From the NCBI GenBank assembly GCA_031547045.1, contig JAVBSN010000027.1, forward strand, positions 13,933 through 77,932: 64,000 nucleotides of DNA, written 5' to 3'. The DNA comes from Lachnospiraceae bacterium. Its GTDB lineage: Bacteria; Bacillota; Clostridia; Lachnospirales; Lachnospiraceae. Shown piece by piece: positions 56,112 through 64,000 of this stretch. The notes under the pieces are model-generated. The model was not told the origin of the DNA. It ran no database searches and was given only the letters and a program-made list of their open reading frames with translations. Position numbers and translations under genes: made by a program. Each line of letters opens with the position of its first letter. The first letter of the stretch is position 1.

Positions 56112-58256
56112 ATGGATATAACTAAAGTGTTAGCCAAGGAACTTGGCATTAAGGCAAGTCAAGTAGAGGCAACAATAAAACTTATTGACGAAGGATGTAC
56201 AATTCCTTTTATAGCAAGGTATCGTAAAGAAGTGACAGGTTCTCTTAATGATGAGGTGTTAAGACAATTAGGTGAGCGACTTAATTATCTAAGAAATCTT
56301 GAGGAGAGAAAAGAATCAGTTATTTCAAGTATTAGAGAACAAGAAAAGTTAACTCCTGAATTAGAAAAAAGTATATTAGAAGCAGCAACTTTAGTAGCTG
56401 TTGAAGATCTATATAGACCATATAAGCAAAAGAGAAGAACTAGAGCTACAATTGCAAAAGAAAAAGGATTAGAAGGATTAGCTAATATTATAATTCTTCA
56501 AATGACTAATAAGCCTATTGAAGAAGAGGCAGAGGCTTATATATCAGAAGAAAAAGCTGTAGCAAATGTAGAAGAAGCAATAGCAGGAGCTCTTGATATA
56601 ATAGCAGAGAATATTTCAGATGATGCAGAATATAGAACATATATTAGAGATATAACATTTAAAGAAGGAAAAATAATAACTGCTGCCAAGGATATGGAAG
56701 CAAAATCAGTGTATGAGATGTACTATGATTTCTTTGAACCAATTGCTAAAGCAGCAGGTTATAGAATATTAGCAATTAACAGAGGTGAAAAGGAGAAGAT
56801 ATTAACAGTTAAGATAGAAGCTCCTGAAGAAAGAATATTAAGATATTTAGAGAAGAATGTTATCGTTAATGACAATCCATATACAACACCATTATTACAA
56901 GCAACTTGTGAAGACAGTTACAAGAGGCTTATTTCTGGTGCTATCGAGCGAGATATAAGAAGTGAGTTAACAGAAAAGGCTGAAGACGGTGCTATTTTCG
57001 TATTCGGGAAAAACCTAGAGCAATTATTAATGCAACCACCTATTGCAGGACAAGTTGTATTAGGATGGGATCCTGCATTTAGAACAGGATGTAAGTTAGC
57101 AGTGGTAGATCCAACTGGTAAAGTATTAGACACTATAGTAATATATCCTACTGAACCACAAAACAAGGTAGCAGAATCTAAGAGAATAGTTCATTCTTTA
57201 ATTAAAAAATATAATATTACATTAATATCTGTAGGTAATGGAACTGCATCTAGAGAATCAGAGCAGATTATTGTAGAACTTCTTAAAGAGATTGCTGAAA
57301 ATGTTCAATATGTTATTGTAAATGAAGCAGGTGCATCTGTATATTCAGCAAGTAAACTTGCAACAGAAGAGTTCCCTAATTTTGATGTAGGACAAAGAAG
57401 TGCAGCATCAATAGCTAGAAGATTACAGGATCCTCTTGCAGAGTTAGTAAAGATTGATCCTAAATCTATAGGAGTTGGTCAATATCAACATGATATGAAT
57501 CAGAAAAAACTTGGTGAAGCATTATCAGCAGTTGTTGAAGATTCTGTAAATAAAGTTGGTGTAGATTTAAACACTGCATCAGCATCATTATTAGAATATA
57601 TATCTGGAATTTCAAAAGTTATTGCAAAGAATATTGTTGCATACAGAGAAGAACATGGTAGATTTAAGAATAGAAAAGAATTACTTAAGGTAGCAAAACT
57701 TGGACCTAAAGCATATGAGCAATGTGCAGGTTTTATGAGAATAAAAGATGGAACTAACCCATTAGATGCAACAAGTGTACATCCAGAGACTTATGAAGCA
57801 GCAGAGAAACTACTTGCTAAACTAGGTTATGATATAAATGATTTAAGTAAATCAGGACTTACAGGATTATCACTTATGGCTAAGAATACTGGAGCATTGG
57901 CAAAGGAATTAGGTGTAGGTGAAATAACTCTAACTGATATTGTTAAAGAATTAGAGAAACCAGCAAGAGATCCTCGTGATGAAATGCCGAAACCAATACT
58001 TCGTACAGATGTAATGGATATGAAAGATTTAACAGAGGGCATGGTTCTAAAAGGTACAGTTAGAAACGTAATAGATTTTGGTGCATTTGTTGATATAGGT
58101 GTTCACCAAGATGGATTAGTTCATATTTCACAAATAACTGATAAGAAATTTATAAAACACCCACTTGAAGCTGTAAGTGTAGGTGATGTAGTTGAAGTAA
58201 AAGTTATGTCTGTTGATTTAGATAGAAAAAGAATTCAACTTACAATGAAATTGTAA
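56112..58256 (+). CDS. tex: Tex-like transcription accessory protein (YqgF/HhH/S1 domains)
   Basis: 714 aa. IPFIARYRKE N-terminus and a C-terminal S1 domain (GTVRNVIDFGAFVDIG). Confidence 0.93.
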   Translation: MDITKVLAKELGIKASQVEATIKLIDEGCTIPFIARYRKEVTGSLNDEVLRQLGERLNYLRNLEERKESVISSIREQEKLTPELEKSILEAATLVAVEDLYRPYKQKRRTRATIAKEKGLEGLANIIILQMTNKPIEEEAEAYISEEKAVANVEEAIAGALDIIAENISDDAEYRTYIRDITFKEGKIITAAKDMEAKSVYEMYYDFFEPIAKAAGYRILAINRGEKEKILTVKIEAPEERILRYLEKNVIVNDNPYTTPLLQATCEDSYKRLISGAIERDIRSELTEKAEDGAIFVFGKNLEQLLMQPPIAGQVVLGWDPAFRTGCKLAVVDPTGKVLDTIVIYPTEPQNKVAESKRIVHSLIKKYNITLISVGNGTASRESEQIIVELLKEIAENVQYVIVNEAGASVYSASKLATEEFPNFDVGQRSAASIARRLQDPLAELVKIDPKSIGVGQYQHDMNQKKLGEALSAVVEDSVNKVGVDLNTASASLLEYISGISKVIAKNIVAYREEHGRFKNRKELLKVAKLGPKAYEQCAGFMRIKDGTNPLDATSVHPETYEAAEKLLAKLGYDINDLSKSGLTGLSLMAKNTGALAKELGVGEITLTDIVKELEKPARDPRDEMPKPILRTDVMDMKDLTEGMVLKGTVRNVIDFGAFVDIGVHQDGLVHISQITDKKFIKHPLEAVSVGDVVEVKVMSVDLDRKRIQLTMKL

Positions 58257-58278
58257 TATAGTAAAGGTGGTAGGTATT

Positions 58279-58800
58279 ATGAAGGAAGAGATAACATTTG
58301 ACGTAAATATGAAAGCTAAATATATGTATAGATTTATGCTATATCATAATTATACCACCTTTGGCAGTTTGTTTGGAGTATTACTAAGTCTATTTGCAAT
58401 GATTCTATTAATAACTACCTTTAAAGAACAAACAGATATGGGTAAGGGTATTTTGTTGTTTATATCATTGCTTTGGACAATAATTAATCCTATTATGTTA
58501 AGGGCAAGAGCTAAGCGACAGGTACTTATGAATTCATCCTATAAGAAAGCTTTAACTTATACTATTAGTGGTGAAGGTATAACAGTTTCTCAAGATGAGA
58601 ATTCAGAGAGCATTGAATGGGATAAAATTATTAAAGTGGTATTAACTAAGAATCAACTTCTTGTATATAGTTCCAAAATACATGCATTTATTTTCCCTTT
58701 ACAAGAAATAGGGGATAAGTTGGATGATGTAACAAGTATAGTTGTTAATAGCGTTAAAGGTAGAAAAATAAAAGTTACTAAAAAGTTATTAGATAAATAA
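58279..58800 (+). CDS. YcxB-like membrane protein
   Basis: The ATG at 58279 follows AAAGGTGG. Two TM helices, then a YcxB-type C-terminal domain. Tentative. Confidence 0.5.
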   Translation: MKEEITFDVNMKAKYMYRFMLYHNYTTFGSLFGVLLSLFAMILLITTFKEQTDMGKGILLFISLLWTIINPIMLRARAKRQVLMNSSYKKALTYTISGEGITVSQDENSESIEWDKIIKVVLTKNQLLVYSSKIHAFIFPLQEIGDKLDDVTSIVVNSVKGRKIKVTKKLLDK

Positions 58801-58828
58801 GATATGTTTATTAGAAAAGAGATAAGTT

Positions 58829-59260
58829 ATGTTATATGAAAGCTGTTCACCAGAAGAGACATTTAATATTGGTAAACAATTAGGAGAGAAAGCCGTAGCT
58901 GGGCAGGTGTATTTATTGTTAGGAGATTTAGGAGTTGGCAAAACTTTATTTTCACAAGGATTTGCTGTAGGACTTGGAGTGAAAGAATCTGTTAACAGTC
59001 CTACATTTACTATTGTACAAGAATATGATGATGGAAGAATGCCATTTTATCATTTTGATGTTTATAGGATAGCAGATGAAGAAGAGATGGAAGAGATAGG
59101 ATTTACTGAGATGGTATATGGTGAAGGAGTTTGCTTGATAGAATGGGCAAATCTAATTGAAGGAATATTACCAGATAGGTGTTTTGAAATAAATATAGAT
59201 AAGAACAATGAAAAAGGGTTTGAATATCGAACAATCACATTAGAGGAAAGAGTAGGTTGA
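58829..59260 (+). CDS. tsaE: tRNA t6A37 biosynthesis ATPase TsaE
   Basis: 143 aa. GDLGVGKT P-loop and SPTFTIV motif. Confidence 0.9.
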   Translation: MLYESCSPEETFNIGKQLGEKAVAGQVYLLLGDLGVGKTLFSQGFAVGLGVKESVNSPTFTIVQEYDDGRMPFYHFDVYRIADEEEMEEIGFTEMVYGEGVCLIEWANLIEGILPDRCFEINIDKNNEKGFEYRTITLEERVG

Positions 59261-59263
59261 TAT

Positions 59264-59974
59264 ATGAAGATATTAGCATTGGATAGTTCAGGTCTTGTAG
59301 CATCGGTTGCAATATTAGAAGATGATAACATGATTGCTGAATATACAGTTAATTATAAAAAAACACATTCCCAAACATTATTACCTATGCTAGATGAGAT
59401 TGTGAAGATGACGGATACTAATCTTAATGAAATAGATGCAATAGCTGTAGCAGCAGGGCCAGGTTCATTTACTGGACTTAGAATAGGTTCAGCAACAGCA
59501 AAGGGGTTAGGACTAGCTCTTGATAAGCCATTAATAGGAATACCTACGGTTGAAGGAATGGCGTATAATTTATACAATGTTACAAATCTTATATGTCCTA
59601 TTATGGATGCTAGAAGAAATCAAACTTATACAGGATTATATACTTTTGTTGATGGTAAATTTACAGTTGTTAGGGAACAAATGGCAGTAGGTATAGAAGA
59701 GATTATTAGCATAATAAATGCTCTTGATAAGGAAGTAATATTTTTAGGTGATGGAGTGACCGTATTTAAAAATATAATAGAAGAAGAAATAAAAGTACCA
59801 TATACATTTGCACCAGCACATTTAAACAAACAAAGAGCAGGAGCAATTGGAGTAAGAGCTTTTGATTATTACAATATGGGTAAATATGAAAATGCAGCAG
59901 AACATAAGCCAGAATATTTAAGACTATCTCAAGCAGAAAGAGAACTTAAAGAAAAGCAAGTACAGTCCAAATAG
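59264..59974 (+). CDS. tsaB: tRNA t6A37 biosynthesis protein TsaB
   Basis: 236 aa. The signature is MKILALDSS and GPGSFTGLRIG. Confidence 0.9.
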   Translation: MKILALDSSGLVASVAILEDDNMIAEYTVNYKKTHSQTLLPMLDEIVKMTDTNLNEIDAIAVAAGPGSFTGLRIGSATAKGLGLALDKPLIGIPTVEGMAYNLYNVTNLICPIMDARRNQTYTGLYTFVDGKFTVVREQMAVGIEEIISIINALDKEVIFLGDGVTVFKNIIEEEIKVPYTFAPAHLNKQRAGAIGVRAFDYYNMGKYENAAEHKPEYLRLSQAERELKEKQVQSK

Positions 59975-60034
59975 TATAATGAGCGCAAGGGAGAAGGAGC
60001 AGACAAAGTCTATTCATGACGACCGGCGAATGTG

Positions 60035-60055
60035 ATCATAAGCTCTGCTTATGAT
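60035..60055 (+). other. Perfect 9-bp-stem hairpin in the tsaB-rimI spacer
   Basis: ATCATAAGC-tct-GCTTATGAT. Confidence 0.4.
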
Positions 60056-60069
60056 ATAATGGAGATAAT

Positions 60070-60519
60070 ATGATTTCTATAAAAAGGTTAGATATAAATT
60101 ATGCAAAGCAATTATATGATATATCAAATAATTGTTTTACCAATACTTGGTCGCTTGATAGTATTGAAGAAATTTTTAAATATGACTATAATTATTACTA
60201 TGGAATAATTCAAGATTACATATTAATTGGTTATGTAGGAATTATGGTAGTGGGTGATGAAGCGGATTTGATTAATATAGCAGTATTGCCTGATTACAGA
60301 GGAAGGGGTCTAGCTAATCAGCTTATGACTTATGTTATGAAAGAAGTTATTATACTTGGACTACAGAAGATTACTTTAGAAGTAAGAGAATCTAATGAAA
60401 TAGCTATAAAGTTATATTCGAATTTCAGTTTTGACAAGATAGATATAAGAAAAGGATATTATACTAATCCTAGTGAAAACGCAGTTATCATGCAGACATT
60501 TATTACCACTATCGAATAA
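60070..60519 (+). CDS. rimI: Ribosomal-protein-alanine N-acetyltransferase (GNAT)
   Basis: 149 aa. NIAVLPDYRGRGLANQLM acetyl-CoA motif. Sits in tsaE-tsaB context. Confidence 0.85.
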   Translation: MISIKRLDINYAKQLYDISNNCFTNTWSLDSIEEIFKYDYNYYYGIIQDYILIGYVGIMVVGDEADLINIAVLPDYRGRGLANQLMTYVMKEVIILGLQKITLEVRESNEIAIKLYSNFSFDKIDIRKGYYTNPSENAVIMQTFITTIE

Positions 60520-60571
60520 AAGCGAAAGTGTGTATAATATGATTATGATTACATGTGCAGGAGGTCAGATA

Positions 60572-60796
60572 ATGTATAATGAGGATAAGGTTATATGTAA
60601 TGTCTGTGGCAAAGAACTAAAGAAGGAAAATGACATAGTCGTGGAGGACTTTCTTCACATAGAAAAACGATGGGGATATTTTTCCGAAAAAGATGGACAG
60701 ACTCATAAATTAATTATATGTGAGAACTGTTATGATGAATTAGCAAAAACATTAAAGTTACCAGTTGATATTATGGATACTATTGAAATGATTTAA
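60572..60796 (+). CDS. Small zinc-ribbon-like hypothetical protein
   Basis: The ATG at 60572 is 7 nt after AGGAGG. 74 aa with CNVCGK ... CENCYDE. Confidence 0.5.
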   Translation: MYNEDKVICNVCGKELKKENDIVVEDFLHIEKRWGYFSEKDGQTHKLIICENCYDELAKTLKLPVDIMDTIEMI

Positions 60797-60850
60797 AAAT
60801 AAAATAGGTATTATTAAAATTCAAAAAATTGTATGTGATTATAACATAAG

Positions 60851-60888
60851 TGCATCTGATTGCTATATAAGCGGTTGGGTGCATTTTT
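60851..60888 (+). terminator. Intrinsic terminator (G-U-rich stem)
   Basis: TGCATCTGATTGC-tatataa-GCGGTTGGGTGCA followed by TTTTT. Confidence 0.65.
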
Positions 60889-60892
60889 AATT

Positions 60893-60920
60893 TTGACATC
60901 TAAATAAAATGTGGTAGAAT
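60893..60920 (+). promoter_or_regulatory. Sigma-A promoter of rnz (extended -10)
   Basis: TTGACA-16 nt-(TGg)TAGAAT. Confidence 0.6.
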
Positions 60921-60970
60921 AATATAAATATTGCCATAGTTATTTAAGTGGCTTGAAAAGAGGGATTATT

Positions 60971-61882
60971 ATGTTAGACGTATGTTTGCTTGGTACGGGA
61001 GGCATGATGCCACTTCCAAACAGAGCATTAACATCGTTAATGTTAAGATATAATGGAAGTAGTATATTGGTTGATTGTGGAGAAGGAACCCAAGTAGCAA
61101 TTAAAGAACAGGGATGGAGTTTTAATCCTATAGATGTTATTTGCTTTACACATTTTCACGCAGACCATATTAGTGGCTTGCCAGGATTGTTACTTACTAT
61201 AGGTAATGCAGATAGAACCAAGCCAGTAACTATTATAGGGCCTAAAAGAGTTGAACAAGTAGTAAAAGCATTAAGAGTGATAGCACCTGAATTACCATTT
61301 GATATTGACTTTATAGAGCTAGAGGCTGATGGAGGAAGTTATTATTTTAATGGGCTTAATATAGATGCATATAAAGTAAACCATAATATGTTATGTTACG
61401 GATATTCTTTTTCTATAGACAGAGCAGGGAAGTTTGATGTAGACAAGGCAAAGGAAAATCAAGTGCCAATGAAGTTTTGGACTAGATTACAAAAAGGTGA
61501 AGAAATAATAGAAGAAGGAGTAACATATACATCAGATATGGTATTAGGAAAAGATAGGAAGGGTCTAAAGGTAACTTACTGTACAGATTCTAGGCCTGTT
61601 GATAATATAGTTACATATGCAAAAGAATCAGACTTGTTTATATGTGAAGGTATGTATGGCGAGAAAGAGAAAGAATCAAAGGCAAGAGAATACAAACATA
61701 TGACAATGTATGAGGCAGCAAGACTTGCCAAAGAAGCGAATGTAAAAGAATTATGGCTTACACATTATAGCCCTTCATTGGTTAGACCAGAACAATATAG
61801 CGATAAAGTAAGAGCTATTTTCAATAATACAAGTATTCCTAGATGTAGAAAAGATGCAACATTAATGTTTGATGAAGATTAG
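60971..61882 (+). CDS. rnz: Ribonuclease Z (metallo-beta-lactamase fold)
   Basis: The ATG at 60971 follows AAAGAGGG. The signature is LLGTGGMMP and HFHADHISGLPGLL. Confidence 0.88.
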   Translation: MLDVCLLGTGGMMPLPNRALTSLMLRYNGSSILVDCGEGTQVAIKEQGWSFNPIDVICFTHFHADHISGLPGLLLTIGNADRTKPVTIIGPKRVEQVVKALRVIAPELPFDIDFIELEADGGSYYFNGLNIDAYKVNHNMLCYGYSFSIDRAGKFDVDKAKENQVPMKFWTRLQKGEEIIEEGVTYTSDMVLGKDRKGLKVTYCTDSRPVDNIVTYAKESDLFICEGMYGEKEKESKAREYKHMTMYEAARLAKEANVKELWLTHYSPSLVRPEQYSDKVRAIFNNTSIPRCRKDATLMFDED

Positions 61883-61894
61883 GAGGAAGAATAT

Positions 61895-62473
61895 ATGAAT
61901 AAGAGCGTAAAAACTATACGAACAGTAGGTATTATAGGGCTATTAATTGTGCTAGCTCTTGTTTATTATAATTATCTTAATAATAAAGCTAATAATAGGT
62001 TTGATAAGACTCAACCAACAGAAGTTGAGAAATTGAAAAAATATAATTTTGAAGATGAGTATCCCAAAACGGTAAGGGATGTTGTTAAACTTCATTGTAG
62101 ATATTTAAAATGTTTATATAATGGTGGACTTGATGATAAAGAGATAGAAACATTAAATAGTCAAATGAGAAATCTATATGACAAAGAATTGCTTTCTAAC
62201 AACAAAGAAAATGTGCAGTTACAATCTTTAAAAAATGAAATTGCAAGTTATAGAGATGAGAATATGTCAATAACAAGCTACACTATGAGTGCAGCTAATG
62301 ATATTGAATATTATACAATAGAAGATGTAGAGTATGCCAAAATAGATGTGACTGTTAATATAAAGGTTAAGACTACAGGTGAGAAAACATATGAGGAATA
62401 TATTTTAGCAAAAGATAGTAATGATAGATGGAAGATACTAGGTTGGAGAGTTGTGGAGGCAAGAGATGAGTAA
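61895..62473 (+). CDS. Membrane-anchored hypothetical protein
   Basis: 192 aa with a GGAGG SD and one N-terminal TM. No motif recognised. The 3' end overlaps the tsaD start by 8 nt. Confidence 0.55.
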   Translation: MNKSVKTIRTVGIIGLLIVLALVYYNYLNNKANNRFDKTQPTEVEKLKKYNFEDEYPKTVRDVVKLHCRYLKCLYNGGLDDKEIETLNSQMRNLYDKELLSNNKENVQLQSLKNEIASYRDENMSITSYTMSAANDIEYYTIEDVEYAKIDVTVNIKVKTTGEKTYEEYILAKDSNDRWKILGWRVVEARDE

Positions 62474-63488
62474 GGAAGTAAAAATACTAGCAATAGAGTC
62501 ATCATGTGATGAGACAGCGGCAGCAGTTGTAGTTAACGGAAGAGAAGTACTTTCTAATGTAATATCATCGCAAATAGAACTTCATAAATTATACGGAGGA
62601 GTAGTTCCAGAGATAGCATCAAGAAAACATATAGAAAAAGTAAATCAAGTTATAGAAGAAGCCTTAACAGAAGCAAAGACTACATTGGATGATATAGATG
62701 CAATAGCAGTAACCTATGGGCCAGGTTTAGTAGGAGCATTGTTAGTAGGAGTTGCAGAAGCAAAAGCAATTAGTTTTGCTAGGAATATACCATTAGTAGG
62801 GGTTCATCATATAGAAGGTCATATATCTGCTAACTATATTGAAAATAAAGATTTAGAACCGTCATTTATGTGCTTGGTAGTATCTGGTGGTCATTCTCAT
62901 TTAGTAAAAGTAAATAATTATGGTGAATATGAAATAATAGGTAAGACTAGGGATGATGCTGCTGGTGAAGCCTTTGATAAAGTAGCAAGAGCAATAGGTT
63001 TAGGCTATCCTGGTGGACCAAAGATAGACAAGCTAGCAAAAGAAGGAGATCCATTTGCAATAAAATTTCCTAGAGCTCATATAGAAGATGCACCATATGA
63101 CTTTAGCTTTAGTGGAATAAAATCAGCAGTATTAAATTATATTAATCAATGTGATATGAAGGGTGAAGAAATAAACAAGGCAAATATAGCATCTTCATTT
63201 CAACAAGCAGTAATAGATGTATTATCTGACAATGCAGTATTAGCAGCTAAAGAATATGGAATGGCAAAACTTGCAGTAGCAGGTGGAGTTGCATCAAATT
63301 CTTCACTTAGAAATATGTTGCAAGAAAAATGTAATGCATCAGGTATAGAATTTTATTATCCATCACCGATATATTGTACAGATAATGCAGCTATGATTGG
63401 TGTAGCAGGTTATTATGAATATATTAAAGGGGTAAGGCATGGATTAGACTTAAATGCTATACCTAATTTAAAGATAGGACAAAGATAG
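62466..63488 (+). CDS. tsaD: tRNA N6-adenosine threonylcarbamoyltransferase TsaD
   Basis: The ATG at 62466 is 6 nt after GGAGG. Contains [18 protein letters not shown] and AGGVASN motifs. Confidence 0.95.
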   Translation: MSKEVKILAIESSCDETAAAVVVNGREVLSNVISSQIELHKLYGGVVPEIASRKHIEKVNQVIEEALTEAKTTLDDIDAIAVTYGPGLVGALLVGVAEAKAISFARNIPLVGVHHIEGHISANYIENKDLEPSFMCLVVSGGHSHLVKVNNYGEYEIIGKTRDDAAGEAFDKVARAIGLGYPGGPKIDKLAKEGDPFAIKFPRAHIEDAPYDFSFSGIKSAVLNYINQCDMKGEEINKANIASSFQQAVIDVLSDNAVLAAKEYGMAKLAVAGGVASNSSLRNMLQEKCNASGIEFYYPSPIYCTDNAAMIGVAGYYEYIKGVRHGLDLNAIPNLKIGQR

Positions 63489-63490
63489 TT

Positions 63491-64000
63491 ATGAAAAATA
63501 AAATCACAGCAATTGTTCTTGCAGCAGGACAAGGAAAGAGAATGGGTACCTCTGTTCAAAAACAATATTTATTAATTGAAGATAAGCCAGTATTATATTA
63601 TAGTTTGAAATGCTTTGAAGATAGTGTAATTGATGATGTAATACTAGTTGTGGGTAGAGATGAAATAGAATATTGTAAGAATAACATAGTAGATATGTAT
63701 AATTTGAAAAAGGTTAGTAAGATAATTGCTGGTGGTAAAGAAAGATATAATTCAGTATATAACGGATTACGTGCAACAAAAGATACTGACTATGTAATGA
63801 TACATGATGGAGCAAGACCATTTATTAATACTGATATTGTAAATAGATCTATTGAGGCAGTTATGGAGTATGGAGCATGCACAGTAGGAATGCCAGTTAA
63901 GGATACAATAAAAATAGTAGATGAAGATAGTTTTGGAAAAGACACACCTAACAGAAAATATGTATGGCAAATTCAAACGCCCCAAAGTTTTAGATATGAA
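63491..64000 (+). CDS. ispD: 2-C-methyl-D-erythritol 4-phosphate cytidylyltransferase (5' partial, runs off the window)
   Basis: Open frame from the ATG at 63491 to the window end; absent from the ORF track because there is no stop. Contains AIVLAAGQGKRMG..KQYL and IHDGARPF motifs. Confidence 0.88.
   Translation, partial: MKNKITAIVLAAGQGKRMGTSVQKQYLLIEDKPVLYYSLKCFEDSVIDDVILVVGRDEIEYCKNNIVDMYNLKKVSKIIAGGKERYNSVYNGLRATKDTDYVMIHDGARPFINTDIVNRSIEAVMEYGACTVGMPVKDTIKIVDEDSFGKDTPNRKYVWQIQTPQSFRYE

Overview
AT-rich, low-GC chromosomal segment of a Firmicute of class Clostridia. It is an endospore former (spoIIAA-spoIIAB-sigF) and an anaerobe (trimeric HydABC-type [FeFe]-hydrogenase). I support about 58 protein-coding genes, most of them on the + strand and nearly all housekeeping. 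In order: SulP permease; four minus-strand genes of unknown function; a GGDEF cyclase translationally coupled to hydC-hydB-hydA; an FAD protein behind a terminator-containing leader; HAD, PH-domain, MATE and YjfB genes; three tandem SH3b-NlpC/P60 autolysin paralogs; a roughly 580-bp non-coding region; hpf; short-form metH; ilvN-ilvC; a CNNM/CBS protein; ABC-F; trpS; a sugar ABC operon (binding protein plus two permeases); addB-addA; queF; folC; a TPR protein; spoIIAA-spoIIAB-sigF; secA-prfB-cheW-hom-(ApgM-like proposed homoserine kinase)-aspartate kinase; a small XRE regulator; dCMP deaminase; tex; tsaE-tsaB-rimI ... rnz ... tsaD; and the 5' part of ispD. I recognised no rRNA, tRNA, CRISPR array, transposase, integrase or phage gene. 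I found no unambiguous novel multi-gene system. The best leads are: (1) phased WalR-type TGTAAC direct repeats at the transcription starts of the autolysin paralogs; (2) a DnaA-box cluster inside a repeat-rich 580-bp non-coding region upstream of hpf; (3) an unassigned promoter-hairpin-T7 leader (riboswitch or attenuator candidate) before a COG2509 FAD protein; (4) a diguanylate cyclase translationally coupled to the bifurcating hydrogenase; (5) four consecutive uncharacterised Clostridia-type genes at 1696-4297. All coordinates were hand-counted from the printed sequence. Family names given as DUFxxxx are recalled from memory, not searched.
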